From contig JAQUNI010000004.1 in the NCBI GenBank assembly GCA_028717685.1, positions 8,599 through 72,598 on the forward strand: a DNA stretch of 64,000 bases, written 5' to 3'. Source of the stretch: Patescibacteria group bacterium (GTDB lineage: Bacteria > Patescibacteriota > JAQUNI01). Below the pieces are notes generated by a model. That model made no database searches. It was given only the letters and a program-made list of their open reading frames with translations, and was not told where the DNA came from. Both the position numbers and the translations under genes were made by a program. Positions 28,028 through 37,866 of the stretch are shown one piece after another (within the stretch, counting starts at the first letter, position 1; the number at the start of each line of letters is the position of its first letter).

Positions 28028-29086
28028 TTAGGTTAACGCGCCAATATGCTCTCCTCTAAACTCTTTCCGCATCTTCTCGCTTCGCGTCTTTAGCTCTTTT
28101 ATGTTTTCTTTGGTGACGGCGGTGATTACTCCGCCGAAGATATTTTGCGGGGTGTTATAATGACAGTTTAAAGTGATGTCCCTTCCGTGTTCCGCAAAAT
28201 TCCTGGCTACTTGCAGAATAGCAGTGGCGGATTTTCCAATGAACATCAGGTCAGAAAGATCGCACACCCGCCCTTTGCCATTAAACGCCATTGTAAGACC
28301 TACTTTCTTTAACCACCGCATCACTCCTTCGTCAGTGATGCTGTCCCCGACATACATTACTTTTGCCTTCAGAAATTTCTTTTGTTGCCTAATCTCTTTT
28401 GCTGCTTCTATTTTTTGGGCTTGACCTATCGGACGCACGGTTCGCAATAGATTGCCTAGCGGCATATTATAGATTGTTTCCCAGACGAACTTCGTAATCG
28501 TATCGTAGCACTTTTGGTGATCGGGCGCGATTTCGCCGGTCTTATGATCATATTCAATTATTGGCGCCAGCGTGGCAGTATGTTCCATAAAGCGCAGGAG
28601 TAATGCGTGTTGTTCTTTTGTAATCAGGGTTTGTTCGTAATTTTCTACCCGAGTGCAATACGTATGATCAAATGGGAAGTCTACATAATCGCAGTATGCC
28701 TGGATAAACCAGTCATAACTTGTAGAAATCATCCAAACTTCATAGTGCCTCTGAAGAGCCGCGAGAACTTCTTTGATGTCTGGCACGACCCTTAAATTTT
28801 CCCGCGCAATCTGACACAGTTCTTTCTCTGTTGCCGCCATCGCTACAAAGAATGGCAGCATTACTTTCAGAGTGTGTCCGGGAGAGTATGATGGATCACA
28901 AGGGATTTTATGAAAAACGCCCCAGATGTCATCAATATTGCTGATTCGCTTGTAGAATTCTCTGCCGATTTCTTCGCCTAGACCGCAGAGTTTTGCCAGC
29001 TTTATTGTAGTTTCAAACGCAATGTCGCCTAAAGTTTGAGGACCTTCCACATCCAAGATAACTAAGATTTCACTATCATTTTTCAT
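28028..29086 (-). CDS. HAD-like hydrolase-fold protein (352 aa). Start at 29086 (MKNDSEILV).
   Basis: C-terminal 'KAKVMYVGDSITDEG' (K...GDxxxD, HAD motifs III/IV) and 'ILVILDVEGP' motif-I-like. Strong SD AAAGGAG 8 nt upstream of the ATG at 29086. Confidence 0.45.
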   Translation of the reverse strand: MKNDSEILVILDVEGPQTLGDIAFETTIKLAKLCGLGEEIGREFYKRISNIDDIWGVFHKIPCDPSYSPGHTLKVMLPFFVAMAATEKELCQIARENLRVVPDIKEVLAALQRHYEVWMISTSYDWFIQAYCDYVDFPFDHTYCTRVENYEQTLITKEQHALLLRFMEHTATLAPIIEYDHKTGEIAPDHQKCYDTITKFVWETIYNMPLGNLLRTVRPIGQAQKIEAAKEIRQQKKFLKAKVMYVGDSITDEGVMRWLKKVGLTMAFNGKGRVCDLSDLMFIGKSATAILQVARNFAEHGRDITLNCHYNTPQNIFGGVITAVTKENIKELKTRSEKMRKEFRGEHIGALT

Positions 29087-29108
29087 ATTCTGTCTCCTTT
29101 TTTTGTGT

Positions 29109-29312
29109 TCAAACCTCTTTGAGTTCATCCTTAATTTTTTGAGCCAAGGATGGACGATAATGACTTAAAAGTTTAAAAAGGGCTTCCTCCATCTCTTTTG
29201 TTACCCCTTTGGCTAAGTTGTAGAACTCAATTTTCGCAGCATCATTTGTCCACTGAACGTCCTGAAGTTTCTTTCTGAATGCTTCAATAACAGAACTATC
29301 AATATTACACAT
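29109..29312 (-). CDS. Small hypothetical protein (67 aa). Start at 29312 (MCNIDSS...).
   Basis: SD GAGGTG 6 nt upstream of the ATG at 29310-29312. The ORF-track start is a GTG inside the SD. Lies between the DUF2284 and HAD-like genes. Confidence 0.4.
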   Translation of the reverse strand: MCNIDSSVIEAFRKKLQDVQWTNDAAKIEFYNLAKGVTKEMEEALFKLLSHYRPSLAQKIKDELKEV

Positions 29313-29366
29313 TAAAATCACCTCTTCGCAATAGTTGTTTTAAAAATACCTTAAGGCAAAATTCGT

Positions 29367-29981
29367 TTAAAACATTAAAAGAGCGAAACTTTTAAAATGT
29401 TGATCTCTGCTTTTAATAACTTCAATTTCAAGATCAGCGGCGCGGACTGTCGCGTAGACATCAATCCCGCAACTTTCCATTGAAGGTCTAAGCTTTTCCG
29501 GGTGGCGGCATAATCTGGTATCAGCTATTGTGGCGTGTTCTATTTCCGCGGCTACGCATTTCTCACAAAGCCTGCAGGGTCCTCCCGCGTAAGAAAATGC
29601 CTTGTAATTACCAGCCAAAAAAGCCCTTTTTTCTAATTCAAGCATCACTTGCCGCGCTTGCTCTTGCCCTTCTCTGCTTGATAGGTTTGCAAATTCAAAC
29701 AATACAACGTTCTGATAGCAAGGGAGGATTAAATTCGTTTCCGCGTGCGTAGGGGTAAAGGGGGGACAGTTAAAGTGTTTGCCGAATTCAGGACATCCAA
29801 ATTGGCATTTTTGGCTCACCCAAGGCGCGACAACAATCTTTTTTATGGTTATGACTCGGATTGAGCCTTCATTTTCCGCGGCAATCGTTTTTAGAGTCTT
29901 GACTGCGGTTGCTCCGTTTTCTTCGGCGTATTTCGCCAGCTCGTTTATCATATCTTTCGGGTTGCAATCTGTTGCTTTCAT
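29367..29981 (-). CDS. Cys-rich predicted metal-binding protein (DUF2284-like)
   Basis: 204 aa with at least 11 Cys: 'CQFGCPEFGKHFNCPP' and 'CRLCEKC'. SD AAAGGAG upstream. First gene of a 3-gene operon. Confidence 0.45.
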   Translation of the reverse strand: MKATDCNPKDMINELAKYAEENGATAVKTLKTIAAENEGSIRVITIKKIVVAPWVSQKCQFGCPEFGKHFNCPPFTPTHAETNLILPCYQNVVLFEFANLSSREGQEQARQVMLELEKRAFLAGNYKAFSYAGGPCRLCEKCVAAEIEHATIADTRLCRHPEKLRPSMESCGIDVYATVRAADLEIEVIKSRDQHFKSFALLMF

Positions 29982-30411
29982 GCGGCGGTCTCCTTTCTTT
30001 TGAAATTTTAGTTTTCAGCCATTACAGTGATTACGGATAATAAATAACATAGTGAGCTTTATATGCCCTTGCCTTCCAGCCGGGACCATTGAATCAATGA
30101 ATTAATGTCTAGTAAAAAGAACGTTATAGATAATTCTGCATTATTTGTTTGGAAAAGTCAACAATCTTTTAATGAAGATTAACACTTTCTGCCAGAAAAA
30201 CAAACTAAATTGCTCGCCATACTCTTTCAATTAGTTATCATTGCGGGACAGGATTAATTTATCATATTTTACCCTAATTCACTATTTATCATATATATTA
30301 TATTTTTTACAAAAAGTGGAATTGACACCGTTTTTGCGACGCGCTATGCCAAACAAAAAAGCGCGTACCGATAAAATAGAAGGTAAGCGCCTGTAAAGTA
30401 TCACATTTTTC

Positions 30412-31383
30412 TTATAGTTCTTGAGCAGTCCGACCGCAGACTATGCCTAGCGCTAATGCCATATAGCTTTCGAGAATCATGATTTCGGAGTAATTAGAGA
30501 TCCCAAATGTTACCGGAAGCTCTAATGTTTCAACAGCGGCGTGGTAAAAAAAGTAAATTAATGCCGCCGCTCCGAAATACCACGCGCACGATTCTTTCGC
30601 AAAGATTTCACGAAATTCTGTTAGGCGGGAAAGGACTATGCCGAAGAACACCATAATCAAAAAAATGGGAATAATAATTGGGTGATGGACCCAGTATGGA
30701 TGGCTAATTTGACCGTGCAGCTGCGGCTCAATGACATAGGTGAGAATAATCGCCGTGAGCAATGCTAAATACCGCGGCTGATAGCTTGACGCAATCTCCG
30801 CTATAAACATAAAGACCACCGCGAAAATAATAGAGGCGACCGCTGTCTCTATAAACGCGATCCGACTTATTACCCAGGTTGCATCAAACCAATGCCAGTT
30901 GCCATCGTTGGGCACCCCAGAAAAAAAGAGCGAACCAAAGATAACCGTGCCGACCAATAATCCCACAAAAAAGAAAACGATTGGATTCCACGCCCGGCAT
31001 AAGGCAAGAAGACCCCAAAAAATAAGAAATAATATACCGAGTACGACCGCGGTGAACAGCGATGAAATAATTACTTCAGGGTCTCGCAGATTAAAAAGTT
31101 CGAGAGCAATATACCCACAGATTCCAATCAAACTCCATTTAAGAATAGTACGCACTCGCCTTTTTGAAATTTGGACAAGCCGTCCTACCACAAAGCCGGG
31201 AATGGCGCAAAACGCGAAAAGAAAAGGATCCAAGAAAAGATTCACGAACGCAAATCCCGCTAAAAGATACAAGTGCCACCGTTTGCCGGATTTTTGTCGG
31301 ACAACCACGCCAACAATTAAAAAGAGAAAAAAGTAAATCGGGATATTGAGCAGAAGAAACGCAATACCAAGCACAATGTCCAT
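30412..31383 (-). CDS. Polytopic integral membrane protein, hypothetical
   Basis: 323 aa, about 9 hydrophobic segments, no motif recognized. Confidence 0.45.
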   Translation of the reverse strand: MDIVLGIAFLLLNIPIYFFLFLIVGVVVRQKSGKRWHLYLLAGFAFVNLFLDPFLFAFCAIPGFVVGRLVQISKRRVRTILKWSLIGICGYIALELFNLRDPEVIISSLFTAVVLGILFLIFWGLLALCRAWNPIVFFFVGLLVGTVIFGSLFFSGVPNDGNWHWFDATWVISRIAFIETAVASIIFAVVFMFIAEIASSYQPRYLALLTAIILTYVIEPQLHGQISHPYWVHHPIIIPIFLIMVFFGIVLSRLTEFREIFAKESCAWYFGAAALIYFFYHAAVETLELPVTFGISNYSEIMILESYMALALGIVCGRTAQEL

Positions 31384-31559
31384 TATATACCATCCTTTCT
31401 GTTGAGAACTGATTAATATCTATTGCCGTGTATCTTATGCGGCTTTATACTGTAGCAGGGAGAGCGCTAAAGGGCAAGATTGCTGTCTTGCTTTAGGCGA
31501 AATTTTGGGGTCATATAATGCACCCTTTACCCCGTTAGAAATAAATTTTTAGACGGGGT

Positions 31560-32471
31560 TTATTTTATTTTAAAAATAATCGCCGTGGGCAAAAGCCTGC
31601 CTGGTCCCACTTTGTAAGCATTGTTCCAGTATAAAGCGGAGGAACCGCCGCCGTCTAAATTGAGGGCTGTAGTCACGCCGAGCGCTTCCATCACACTCGC
31701 CATATCCGGCACGGTCGCTCCCCGCGCGATCACCAAGGAGACGACTTTGCCTTTCACGCCAATCGCTCCGCGGTAACCCTTGGTATTCTTTTGTTTATCA
31801 TCCATTTTTTGCGTTGCGACAATGTTTTTGCCTTGAAAAATCAAAGTGGGAGAATTGGAAAGCAGCGCCTGCGCCTTAACACCATATTTATTTTCAAATT
31901 CAGTTAATCCCTTAAATTCCCGTCCATCCACAAAATAATAATGATTGTAATTTTGATCAAAAACTAAAATTGAACCTTGCAGCCATTTGATCTGTCCGCT
32001 ATTCATTAAAAATTTCCCGCGCGTATTATAAAAAGGATAGAAATAATAATTTATTTTTCCCTTGCAAGAGGCATAATCCGGCGGGCAAAAATAAGCGCCA
32101 TGCATGCCAGCAAAACCCTGGTTAACACTGATATAATCTTTTAAAGAACGCGCGGGACAATTATTCCAGCAGTCTCCACCGGCGGCGGTTTCAGTCAACA
32201 TATCAATCTTGTTTTTCCCTAAATCAATCACCGCTAAATCAATATTAAAAGTGCCGCGCTTGGTCTGGATATTTTTACGGGTATAAGAGGTAATGCCAGA
32301 GGGCGGAGAAAATGAAGCCATCCGCAGCGCCTGAAATTCCAGATCGGGAATGTCTTTAGAGTAAGACATAATTAAAACAGCCGTGATCAATGCCAAAAAC
32401 GCGATAATCCCCAGAAAAAGCAAACTTGTAACATTAAATTTTTTTGGATTTTTTTTGGTTGATTGAGGCAT
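31560..32471 (-). CDS. Phosphodiester glycosidase family protein (NAGPA-like), membrane-anchored
   Basis: N-terminal TM anchor. 'TTALNLDGGGSSALY' signature of the NAGPA/phosphodiester glycosidase domain. Confidence 0.6.
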   Translation of the reverse strand: MPQSTKKNPKKFNVTSLLFLGIIAFLALITAVLIMSYSKDIPDLEFQALRMASFSPPSGITSYTRKNIQTKRGTFNIDLAVIDLGKNKIDMLTETAAGGDCWNNCPARSLKDYISVNQGFAGMHGAYFCPPDYASCKGKINYYFYPFYNTRGKFLMNSGQIKWLQGSILVFDQNYNHYYFVDGREFKGLTEFENKYGVKAQALLSNSPTLIFQGKNIVATQKMDDKQKNTKGYRGAIGVKGKVVSLVIARGATVPDMASVMEALGVTTALNLDGGGSSALYWNNAYKVGPGRLLPTAIIFKIK

Positions 32472-32664
32472 GTTGGAGTAGATTTTTAAATTCTAAAGAA
32501 AATTTTTACGGGGACGGGCTTGTTGAGGTTGACGAAAAAGAGAGACTTAAATTTGACAATAATGTATCTTTGTGCTTAGATATAGTTAGTAAACCGTTGT
32601 TTAATTCAATGTATTGAAAGTTCTTTACAGGTTGATCTAGCCTATATAACCAAAAAGAGGAGAT

Positions 32665-33102
32665 TTGAAAATGCCACAACAAGGCTCTGAAGAAAAAAAG
32701 TCAGATATTTCTTTGCACTTGGATCAGCAAGCGCCACAATTCAAGGCGGCGATAGAGGCAATCAGTGATTCATACCAGAATCGATTGGATGCGTTGAGAG
32801 AATATAAAATTTTTTTTGAAGGGATTTATACAGGTTATAGCGTTCAAGATTATACAAGGGATATTGAAAACGGGAACAGGCAATATTATGGAGAACGATT
32901 AAGGAAAGCAAGATTAGCGATCACAGGCTATCTCAAGGGTATTGGACTTGGCTCCTCCATTGATCTTAAAGACATCCCTGACGAAGAAGCTGTTATTCAG
33001 ATAAGAGGGATTTTTGATAACTGGTATGTTAAAGAAGTGGCATCCTTGCAGAAGAGTCTTAAGGAAGATTTAGACAAATTGATCGATCGGATGAAAGCTT
33101 AA
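32665..33102 (+). CDS. Hypothetical protein (145 aa)
   Basis: Good SD AAGAGGAG 8 nt upstream, followed by an intrinsic terminator. One of the few plus-strand genes. Confidence 0.5.
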   Translation: MKMPQQGSEEKKSDISLHLDQQAPQFKAAIEAISDSYQNRLDALREYKIFFEGIYTGYSVQDYTRDIENGNRQYYGERLRKARLAITGYLKGIGLGSSIDLKDIPDEEAVIQIRGIFDNWYVKEVASLQKSLKEDLDKLIDRMKA

Positions 33103-33137
33103 AAAATTGCACGGGATCAAAAAACCAGAGATCCACA

Positions 33138-33166
33138 GAGACGCAAAATTTTGCGCCTCTTTTTTA
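33138..33166 (+). terminator. Rho-independent terminator (GAGACGCAAAATTTTGCGCCTC hairpin plus T-run)
   Basis: 11-bp stem with one mismatch, immediately followed by TTTTTTAAATTTTT, 35 nt after the stop of 32665..33102. Confidence 0.5.
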
Positions 33167-33235
33167 AATTTTTGAAGTTTGGGGGTCAAGTCATAATTCA
33201 AGACCTGAACCAAAATTTTTTATTTTGATCTATTC

Positions 33236-33341
33236 CATACGATGACTATTCTCCCACCCCCTCCCCGCCCGCCTCGCCTGAAGCGAAGCGATGGCGGGCA
33301 GGCATCTCCCCCTCGGGCAGGGGGAGTGAGTTCTGTAATTC
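33236..33341. repeat. MITE family A copy with the inserted module CCGCCCGCCTCGCCTGAAGCGAAGCGATGGCGGGCAGG
   Basis: gatgactattctcccaccccctcc...ctccccctcgggcagggggagtgagttctgtaatt. The same inserted module occurs at 44.9, 47.0 and 58.0 kb. Confidence 0.65.
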
Positions 33342-33347
33342 TGTGAT

Positions 33348-33743
33348 TCATTGCGGAGTTTTTCGCCTTCTCGCTTCGGCTTGGCGCACCTCCAGTTCGC
33401 TCATTCCGAAATGATGGGCGATTTCGTGCCAGACGGTATTTTTCACCATTTCTTTAATATCTTTCTCATTGCGAGCCGCCATTTCAATCGGCTTTTGAAA
33501 AATAGTTATTTTATCAGGAAGCACCGCGCTGTAGTTTATTCCCCGCCTTGCCTGCGGCACACCTTCATATAAGCCGAATAGTGTCCAGTTGGGATGGATG
33601 TTTAGTTTCTTTTTTTGGGCTGATGTCGGTTCCGCTTCAATAACGATCGCCACATTATCTAATTTCCGTAAAAATCTTTCCGGAATTGCCTTTATTCCTT
33701 CTTTTACAATTTTTTCAAACCCTGGACGATTTAACTTTCGCAT
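33348..33743 (-). CDS. Minimal zincin-like metallopeptidase (HExxH)
   Basis: 'VWHEIAHHFGMSE' HExxH motif in a 131-aa protein. Confidence 0.55.
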   Translation of the reverse strand: MRKLNRPGFEKIVKEGIKAIPERFLRKLDNVAIVIEAEPTSAQKKKLNIHPNWTLFGLYEGVPQARRGINYSAVLPDKITIFQKPIEMAARNEKDIKEMVKNTVWHEIAHHFGMSELEVRQAEARRRKTPQ

Positions 33744-33815
33744 AGATTATTTAGAACAACGCTCCGGTTAAATTTTAAAGAAAATTTTTACAGGGGCGCG
33801 CTAAATATAGTTGCT

Positions 33816-34430
33816 TCACTCACTTGGGATTATTTGAAAGGTGGCTAGGATTTGATCTCTTAAAGAATCTTCAATGCCGGAACTAACGGAAAGGTCAAAA
33901 ATATATTGGTGCGTGTTGTTAGGCAATGGATTCCCGGCAGTAAAAACATATCGGATCGCATACCCTTCTGTTTCGCGGGGAGTGGCGACCAGCGCTTCAT
34001 ATCCCGCGATTTCTTGATTGCCGGTTACCTCAAAATATTTGCCTGCTTCGCTAAACCATTCCTCGGCGGTTAAGCCGCCTTGGTTATATAGATATTTGAT
34101 TGTAATTATTTGCGGAAAACAATAACCCTCAACAATATCTTCAGGGCAGCTATTTGGAACTTCAAGGGTAACTTGGTGGGTCACCCCGCTTTGGGTGTCC
34201 GAGATTAAAGTAAAATTGCTCGGCACGCGGATGGAAAATAAATTTTGGGGATCTTGATAGGTTTGCCATTCTTCTTCGCCTGCAGGGCTTGGGTTAGGCG
34301 CTGGACTTGGCGACGGTAGCGCTGGATTATTACTCTTCTTTTGAATAATACAGCCGCTAAAAATCACCACCCATACTATTGGGATTAACAATAGAGTGAT
34401 GAGCTGAATGTTTTTTTTGATTTTGGGCAT
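33816..34430 (-). CDS. Putative lipoprotein, hypothetical
   Basis: Signal peptide with lipobox 'VIFSGC', then a Pro/Ser-rich linker 'PALPSPSPAPNPSPAG'. Confidence 0.5.
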   Translation of the reverse strand: MPKIKKNIQLITLLLIPIVWVVIFSGCIIQKKSNNPALPSPSPAPNPSPAGEEEWQTYQDPQNLFSIRVPSNFTLISDTQSGVTHQVTLEVPNSCPEDIVEGYCFPQIITIKYLYNQGGLTAEEWFSEAGKYFEVTGNQEIAGYEALVATPRETEGYAIRYVFTAGNPLPNNTHQYIFDLSVSSGIEDSLRDQILATFQIIPSE

Positions 34431-34514
34431 AGTTTTATTTTTTCAGCCCTAGGTCGTTCATACTCTGACGAGTCTTCAGACTCGAAGAGCTGATCCGCCT
34501 TGGGCGGAAATTCT

Positions 34515-35078
34515 TTATCTTAAATTTTTTGGTCTTTTATTTTTCAAAAGGAGACAAATATAGGACTTTTTTTTATTCCTATGCCATCTTATCAATTGCT
34601 TCAACATTTCTCTTCCATTTTTGAAAGCAATATTTTTCGGCAACTTGGAAATTTCAAACCATCGCAGTTCTTCAATATCATCACCTGGTTTTAGTTTTCC
34701 GCCAGTAACTGTTGCCGTATAGCATATGTTCATGGTCGGGAACGAGCCGTCATAAACGTCCATAAAAAATCCTATCATATCTGTGGGTTCAACTTTAAGA
34801 CCGGTTTCTTCACGGACTTCTCTCTTCATGCCTTTTTCGGGATGCTCTCCCGGCTCTAAAAATCCTCCAATAACATCCCACATGCCTTTTGAAGGATCTA
34901 TTTTTCTTTTTCCTAACAAAACTTTATCTCCGTCCAAAATCAAGGCGCTTGAAGTGGGTTTTGAGTTTTGGTGGAAAATGAACTTACATTTCCATTTCAA
35001 ACATTGCAATCTGGAGCGTCCGCCTATTATTTTTTCGGTTAGCAAATCTCCGCACTTTGGGCAATATTTATACAACAT
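34515..35078 (-). CDS. NUDIX hydrolase with N-terminal zinc ribbon
   Basis: 'CPKCGDLL...C..C' ribbon, then Nudix box 'GGFLEPGEHPEKGMKREVREETGL'. Confidence 0.7.
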   Translation of the reverse strand: MLYKYCPKCGDLLTEKIIGGRSRLQCLKWKCKFIFHQNSKPTSSALILDGDKVLLGKRKIDPSKGMWDVIGGFLEPGEHPEKGMKREVREETGLKVEPTDMIGFFMDVYDGSFPTMNICYTATVTGGKLKPGDDIEELRWFEISKLPKNIAFKNGREMLKQLIRWHRNKKKSYICLLLKNKRPKNLR

Positions 35079-35085
35079 TTCCCTG

Positions 35086-35667
35086 TTATTTTAATAGATT
35101 TTTTGATTTAGAATAAATTTCTTCCAGCTCTTTTATTATATCGTTATTTAACCTTCCTTTCAAAATTTTTAGAACCTCCCCGTAGTAACACATTTTTTTA
35201 TCTATTGGCGCATTAAAGTTATCAAATAGTTTTTCACCCTGTTCTTTATATGCTTCTGTTATAGACTTTAAATTATGAATTTTGTCTGCCGCGCAAACCA
35301 TCATTGCTTCAAAGCTATCGTTTTTTAAATTATCAAGATACTCCTTCTTTCTTTGCTCCCACGTCGCTTTTGCTTTTTCTGGGCTATCTTCTGGGTCTTT
35401 ATTTTCCGAAACCTCTTTTACTATTTGGGCTATTTTATCACCAAAATCTCTTTTTATATCTTCCATCGTACAACCCGGAACATCTTCTAAAACATCGTGT
35501 AACAACCCGGCAACAATTATATTTTCATCGTCTGTATAGTTTGTTAAAATAAAAGCAACGGAATAAGGATGAGTAATATAAGGCACATTCGCGTCTTTCC
35601 TTTTTTGTCCGAAATGAAGCACGCTTGATTTTACAATAGCTCTTTGAATTTTTGGCGTTAGCTTCAT
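35086..35667 (-). CDS. HD-domain (p)ppGpp hydrolase-like protein (RelA/SpoT hydrolase domain; small alarmone hydrolase-like)
   Basis: 'HFGQKRKDANVPYITHPYSVAFIL' and 'IIVAGLLHDVLEDV' match the SpoT/Mesh1 HD hydrolase motifs. Confidence 0.65.
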   Translation of the reverse strand: MKLTPKIQRAIVKSSVLHFGQKRKDANVPYITHPYSVAFILTNYTDDENIIVAGLLHDVLEDVPGCTMEDIKRDFGDKIAQIVKEVSENKDPEDSPEKAKATWEQRKKEYLDNLKNDSFEAMMVCAADKIHNLKSITEAYKEQGEKLFDNFNAPIDKKMCYYGEVLKILKGRLNNDIIKELEEIYSKSKNLLK

Positions 35668-35743
35668 ATTTTAAAAATATTCTATTTAAACCAGTTTCAA
35701 ATTTTTCCGAGGGCGCGCTTGATGGAGTTAACCCTATTTTTTT

Positions 35744-36052
35744 CTACTTTATCATTACTAAAAGCATTTTAAATCTTTTTAGCGCTTTTAAGGAATGGGG
35801 TTTATGGGCAGGAAGTTTAATTATTTGCCCTTCAATAAGCGTGTATGCTGTTTTTTCAATTTTAATTTGCGCTTCACCGTCTATAATATAAGCCAGCACA
35901 TTAAACGGGGCTGTGTGTTCGCTTAGCCCTTGACCTGCGCCAAAAGCAAAAATTGTTACTGTGCCATTTTTTGTTTTTAAAATTTCTTTGCTCACTACCG
36001 AACCTTGTTGATATTCAATATGTTCTTTCAATGTGATTATTTCTTTTTGCAT
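35744..36052 (-). CDS. Cupin-domain protein
   Basis: 102 aa. 'GQGLSEHTAPFNVLAYIIDGEA' cupin motif. Confidence 0.55.
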   Translation of the reverse strand: MQKEIITLKEHIEYQQGSVVSKEILKTKNGTVTIFAFGAGQGLSEHTAPFNVLAYIIDGEAQIKIEKTAYTLIEGQIIKLPAHKPHSLKALKRFKMLLVMIK

Positions 36053-36082
36053 AATTTTTTTACAATTTTCTTATTGGGTAAT

Positions 36083-36400
36083 TTAAAAAAGTTTGGTGTT
36101 ATAAATCTCGCCAATATTGAGCGACTTAAATAAATCATCATTCAAGATTTTTTCTATTTTGGCCAACAATGTTTTATCATTAGAACTTATTAGTTGGGAT
36201 ACTTCTTTGCTTTGGTTGTCTATAGCATATATTTTCAGACTATCCGTGTTTAATTCGGCCTTTTCTAAAAATATTTTATTCAAACCAGTTTCAAACTTGT
36301 CCATATCCGAGAAACCTCCTCCAAAGCTATTAGAAAAATTTATAAGTCCTGCACGTTTTAAATCATATAAAGTTTTTGTTTTAGAAGATTGTAATTCCAT
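36083..36400 (-). CDS. Hypothetical protein (105 aa), first gene of the AT-rich island
   Basis: ORF only. Lys/Asn/Ile-rich composition. Confidence 0.3.
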   Translation of the reverse strand: MELQSSKTKTLYDLKRAGLINFSNSFGGGFSDMDKFETGLNKIFLEKAELNTDSLKIYAIDNQSKEVSQLISSNDKTLLAKIEKILNDDLFKSLNIGEIYNTKLF

Positions 36401-36472
36401 ATTTTTTAAGCTCTTTGAGCCGATCTATAATTGGTTGTTCGACCAATGAATTTTCGTTAATTTTAATCATAT

Positions 36473-37732
36473 TTATACCAATTCTAGTTCATCTTTATTC
36501 GGAGGAATAAATCCCTTTGGCAAATCTTTTAGAATATTTAAATGACTATAAATTCTATACCTTATTACTTGTGGTATTCTATGCCATTTTTCATAAAGTA
36601 GGTCATTTTCTTTAATATATTCTAAATAAAAGCTCTCAAAAATTTTCTTAAATTTTTTTTCACCTAAAAAAGAAATAGCAACTAATTCGGCTATTCCAGC
36701 CGTAAAAAAACATATTGTATAAAGGTTTCTTTCCAAAAATAAAAGCAATCCACCTTGCTTTAATTTGGCGAGAGTCTCAATTCCCTGATAATTACTCCAA
36801 ACTCTAAATTTATACAAAATATCTAGAATGGTAAAGATATCTTTATTATTTGCTTTTGAAAAAAAAGTTCTTTTAAGATCATTACGATATTCATTTTCTA
36901 ATTGATATATATTTTTATTGCCTCTCGGACATTGAGCATATTTAAACCGCCACTCTCTTTTATTAATATCTAAAAAACTTTTTTTGATCAATCCTTTTTT
37001 ATAACAAATATTAAATGGAAATTTTAATATTATTTTTGAATATTTAGATAGCTGATGTCTATTAAAATATATCGATGACTTTCTATGTTCTTCGGTTTTT
37101 AAGCTTGGATTCTCGGTGAAAACAAAGGAAGTAAAATAAGAATAAATAGAATAATAATATTTGATGATTTTCCAAGAAGGAAATAATGAAATTCCAGCAT
37201 CATCATCTATATAATCCAAACTACTGCCAATATTAAAATCCTGTGAAAAGGGATAACCTCCTGCTATTTCATTATACCAGCCTTGCATTAAATGAAACTT
37301 AAATTTAGTCTCTGAAAAATTTTTACCGACTAAAACATTTTTAAATTTTAAATGATTATAATCCAAATCTTTAATAAATAATTGATATAATGTGTCGATT
37401 TTATATCTTCTGCTTTTCATCATTTCACGATCAGCAAATCTCATTTTCAACATCCAAGCAAATCTATCTACAATATCATGATATGATAGATATCCTTCCA
37501 ATTCTGGGTGATATTCATATAAGAAGTGTTTCGGTCCACTTAATATTTCTTTTTGGTATTCTTTATTTGACGAAAGAAGGTTTAATCTCGGGTATTGATA
37601 TGTAGGGATTAAATATCTTTTATCCTTCCCTAATGTATAATCTAATAAATCTGATTTTATTAGTTGTTTTAAATAGCTTTCTTTAAGATTAAATTTCTCG
37701 GAAATAAATTTTAACGTTTTTAGTTCTGTCAT
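36473..37732 (-). CDS. Hypothetical protein (419 aa) with an N-terminal excisionase/AlpA-like helix-turn-helix
   Basis: N-terminal 'LKFISEKFNLKESYLKQLIKSDLLDYTLGKDKRYLI' resembles HTH_17/Xis DNA-binding domains. The rest is uncharacterized. Very AT-rich codon usage. Confidence 0.4.
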   Translation of the reverse strand: MTELKTLKFISEKFNLKESYLKQLIKSDLLDYTLGKDKRYLIPTYQYPRLNLLSSNKEYQKEILSGPKHFLYEYHPELEGYLSYHDIVDRFAWMLKMRFADREMMKSRRYKIDTLYQLFIKDLDYNHLKFKNVLVGKNFSETKFKFHLMQGWYNEIAGGYPFSQDFNIGSSLDYIDDDAGISLFPSWKIIKYYYSIYSYFTSFVFTENPSLKTEEHRKSSIYFNRHQLSKYSKIILKFPFNICYKKGLIKKSFLDINKREWRFKYAQCPRGNKNIYQLENEYRNDLKRTFFSKANNKDIFTILDILYKFRVWSNYQGIETLAKLKQGGLLLFLERNLYTICFFTAGIAELVAISFLGEKKFKKIFESFYLEYIKENDLLYEKWHRIPQVIRYRIYSHLNILKDLPKGFIPPNKDELELV

Positions 37733-37866
37733 TTAAATAAAATGTCTTAGGGATTAACTTTATTTTTTTCACTCATTAACTTTGGTAAAAGTAGATCGCA
37801 AAGAAATGATAGAGTTTATCCGCCGCCGCCGAATTTCGCGCCAGCAAAAATGGCGTGTTGCCAGGA

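Noticed and set aside
34447-34482. Hammerhead-like motif CUGACGAG plus perfect hairpin CGAGTCTTCAGACTCG plus AAGAG
   Set aside because: There is no GAAA immediately after the stem II candidate and no plausible stems I/III. Most likely a simple palindromic stem-loop between convergent genes.
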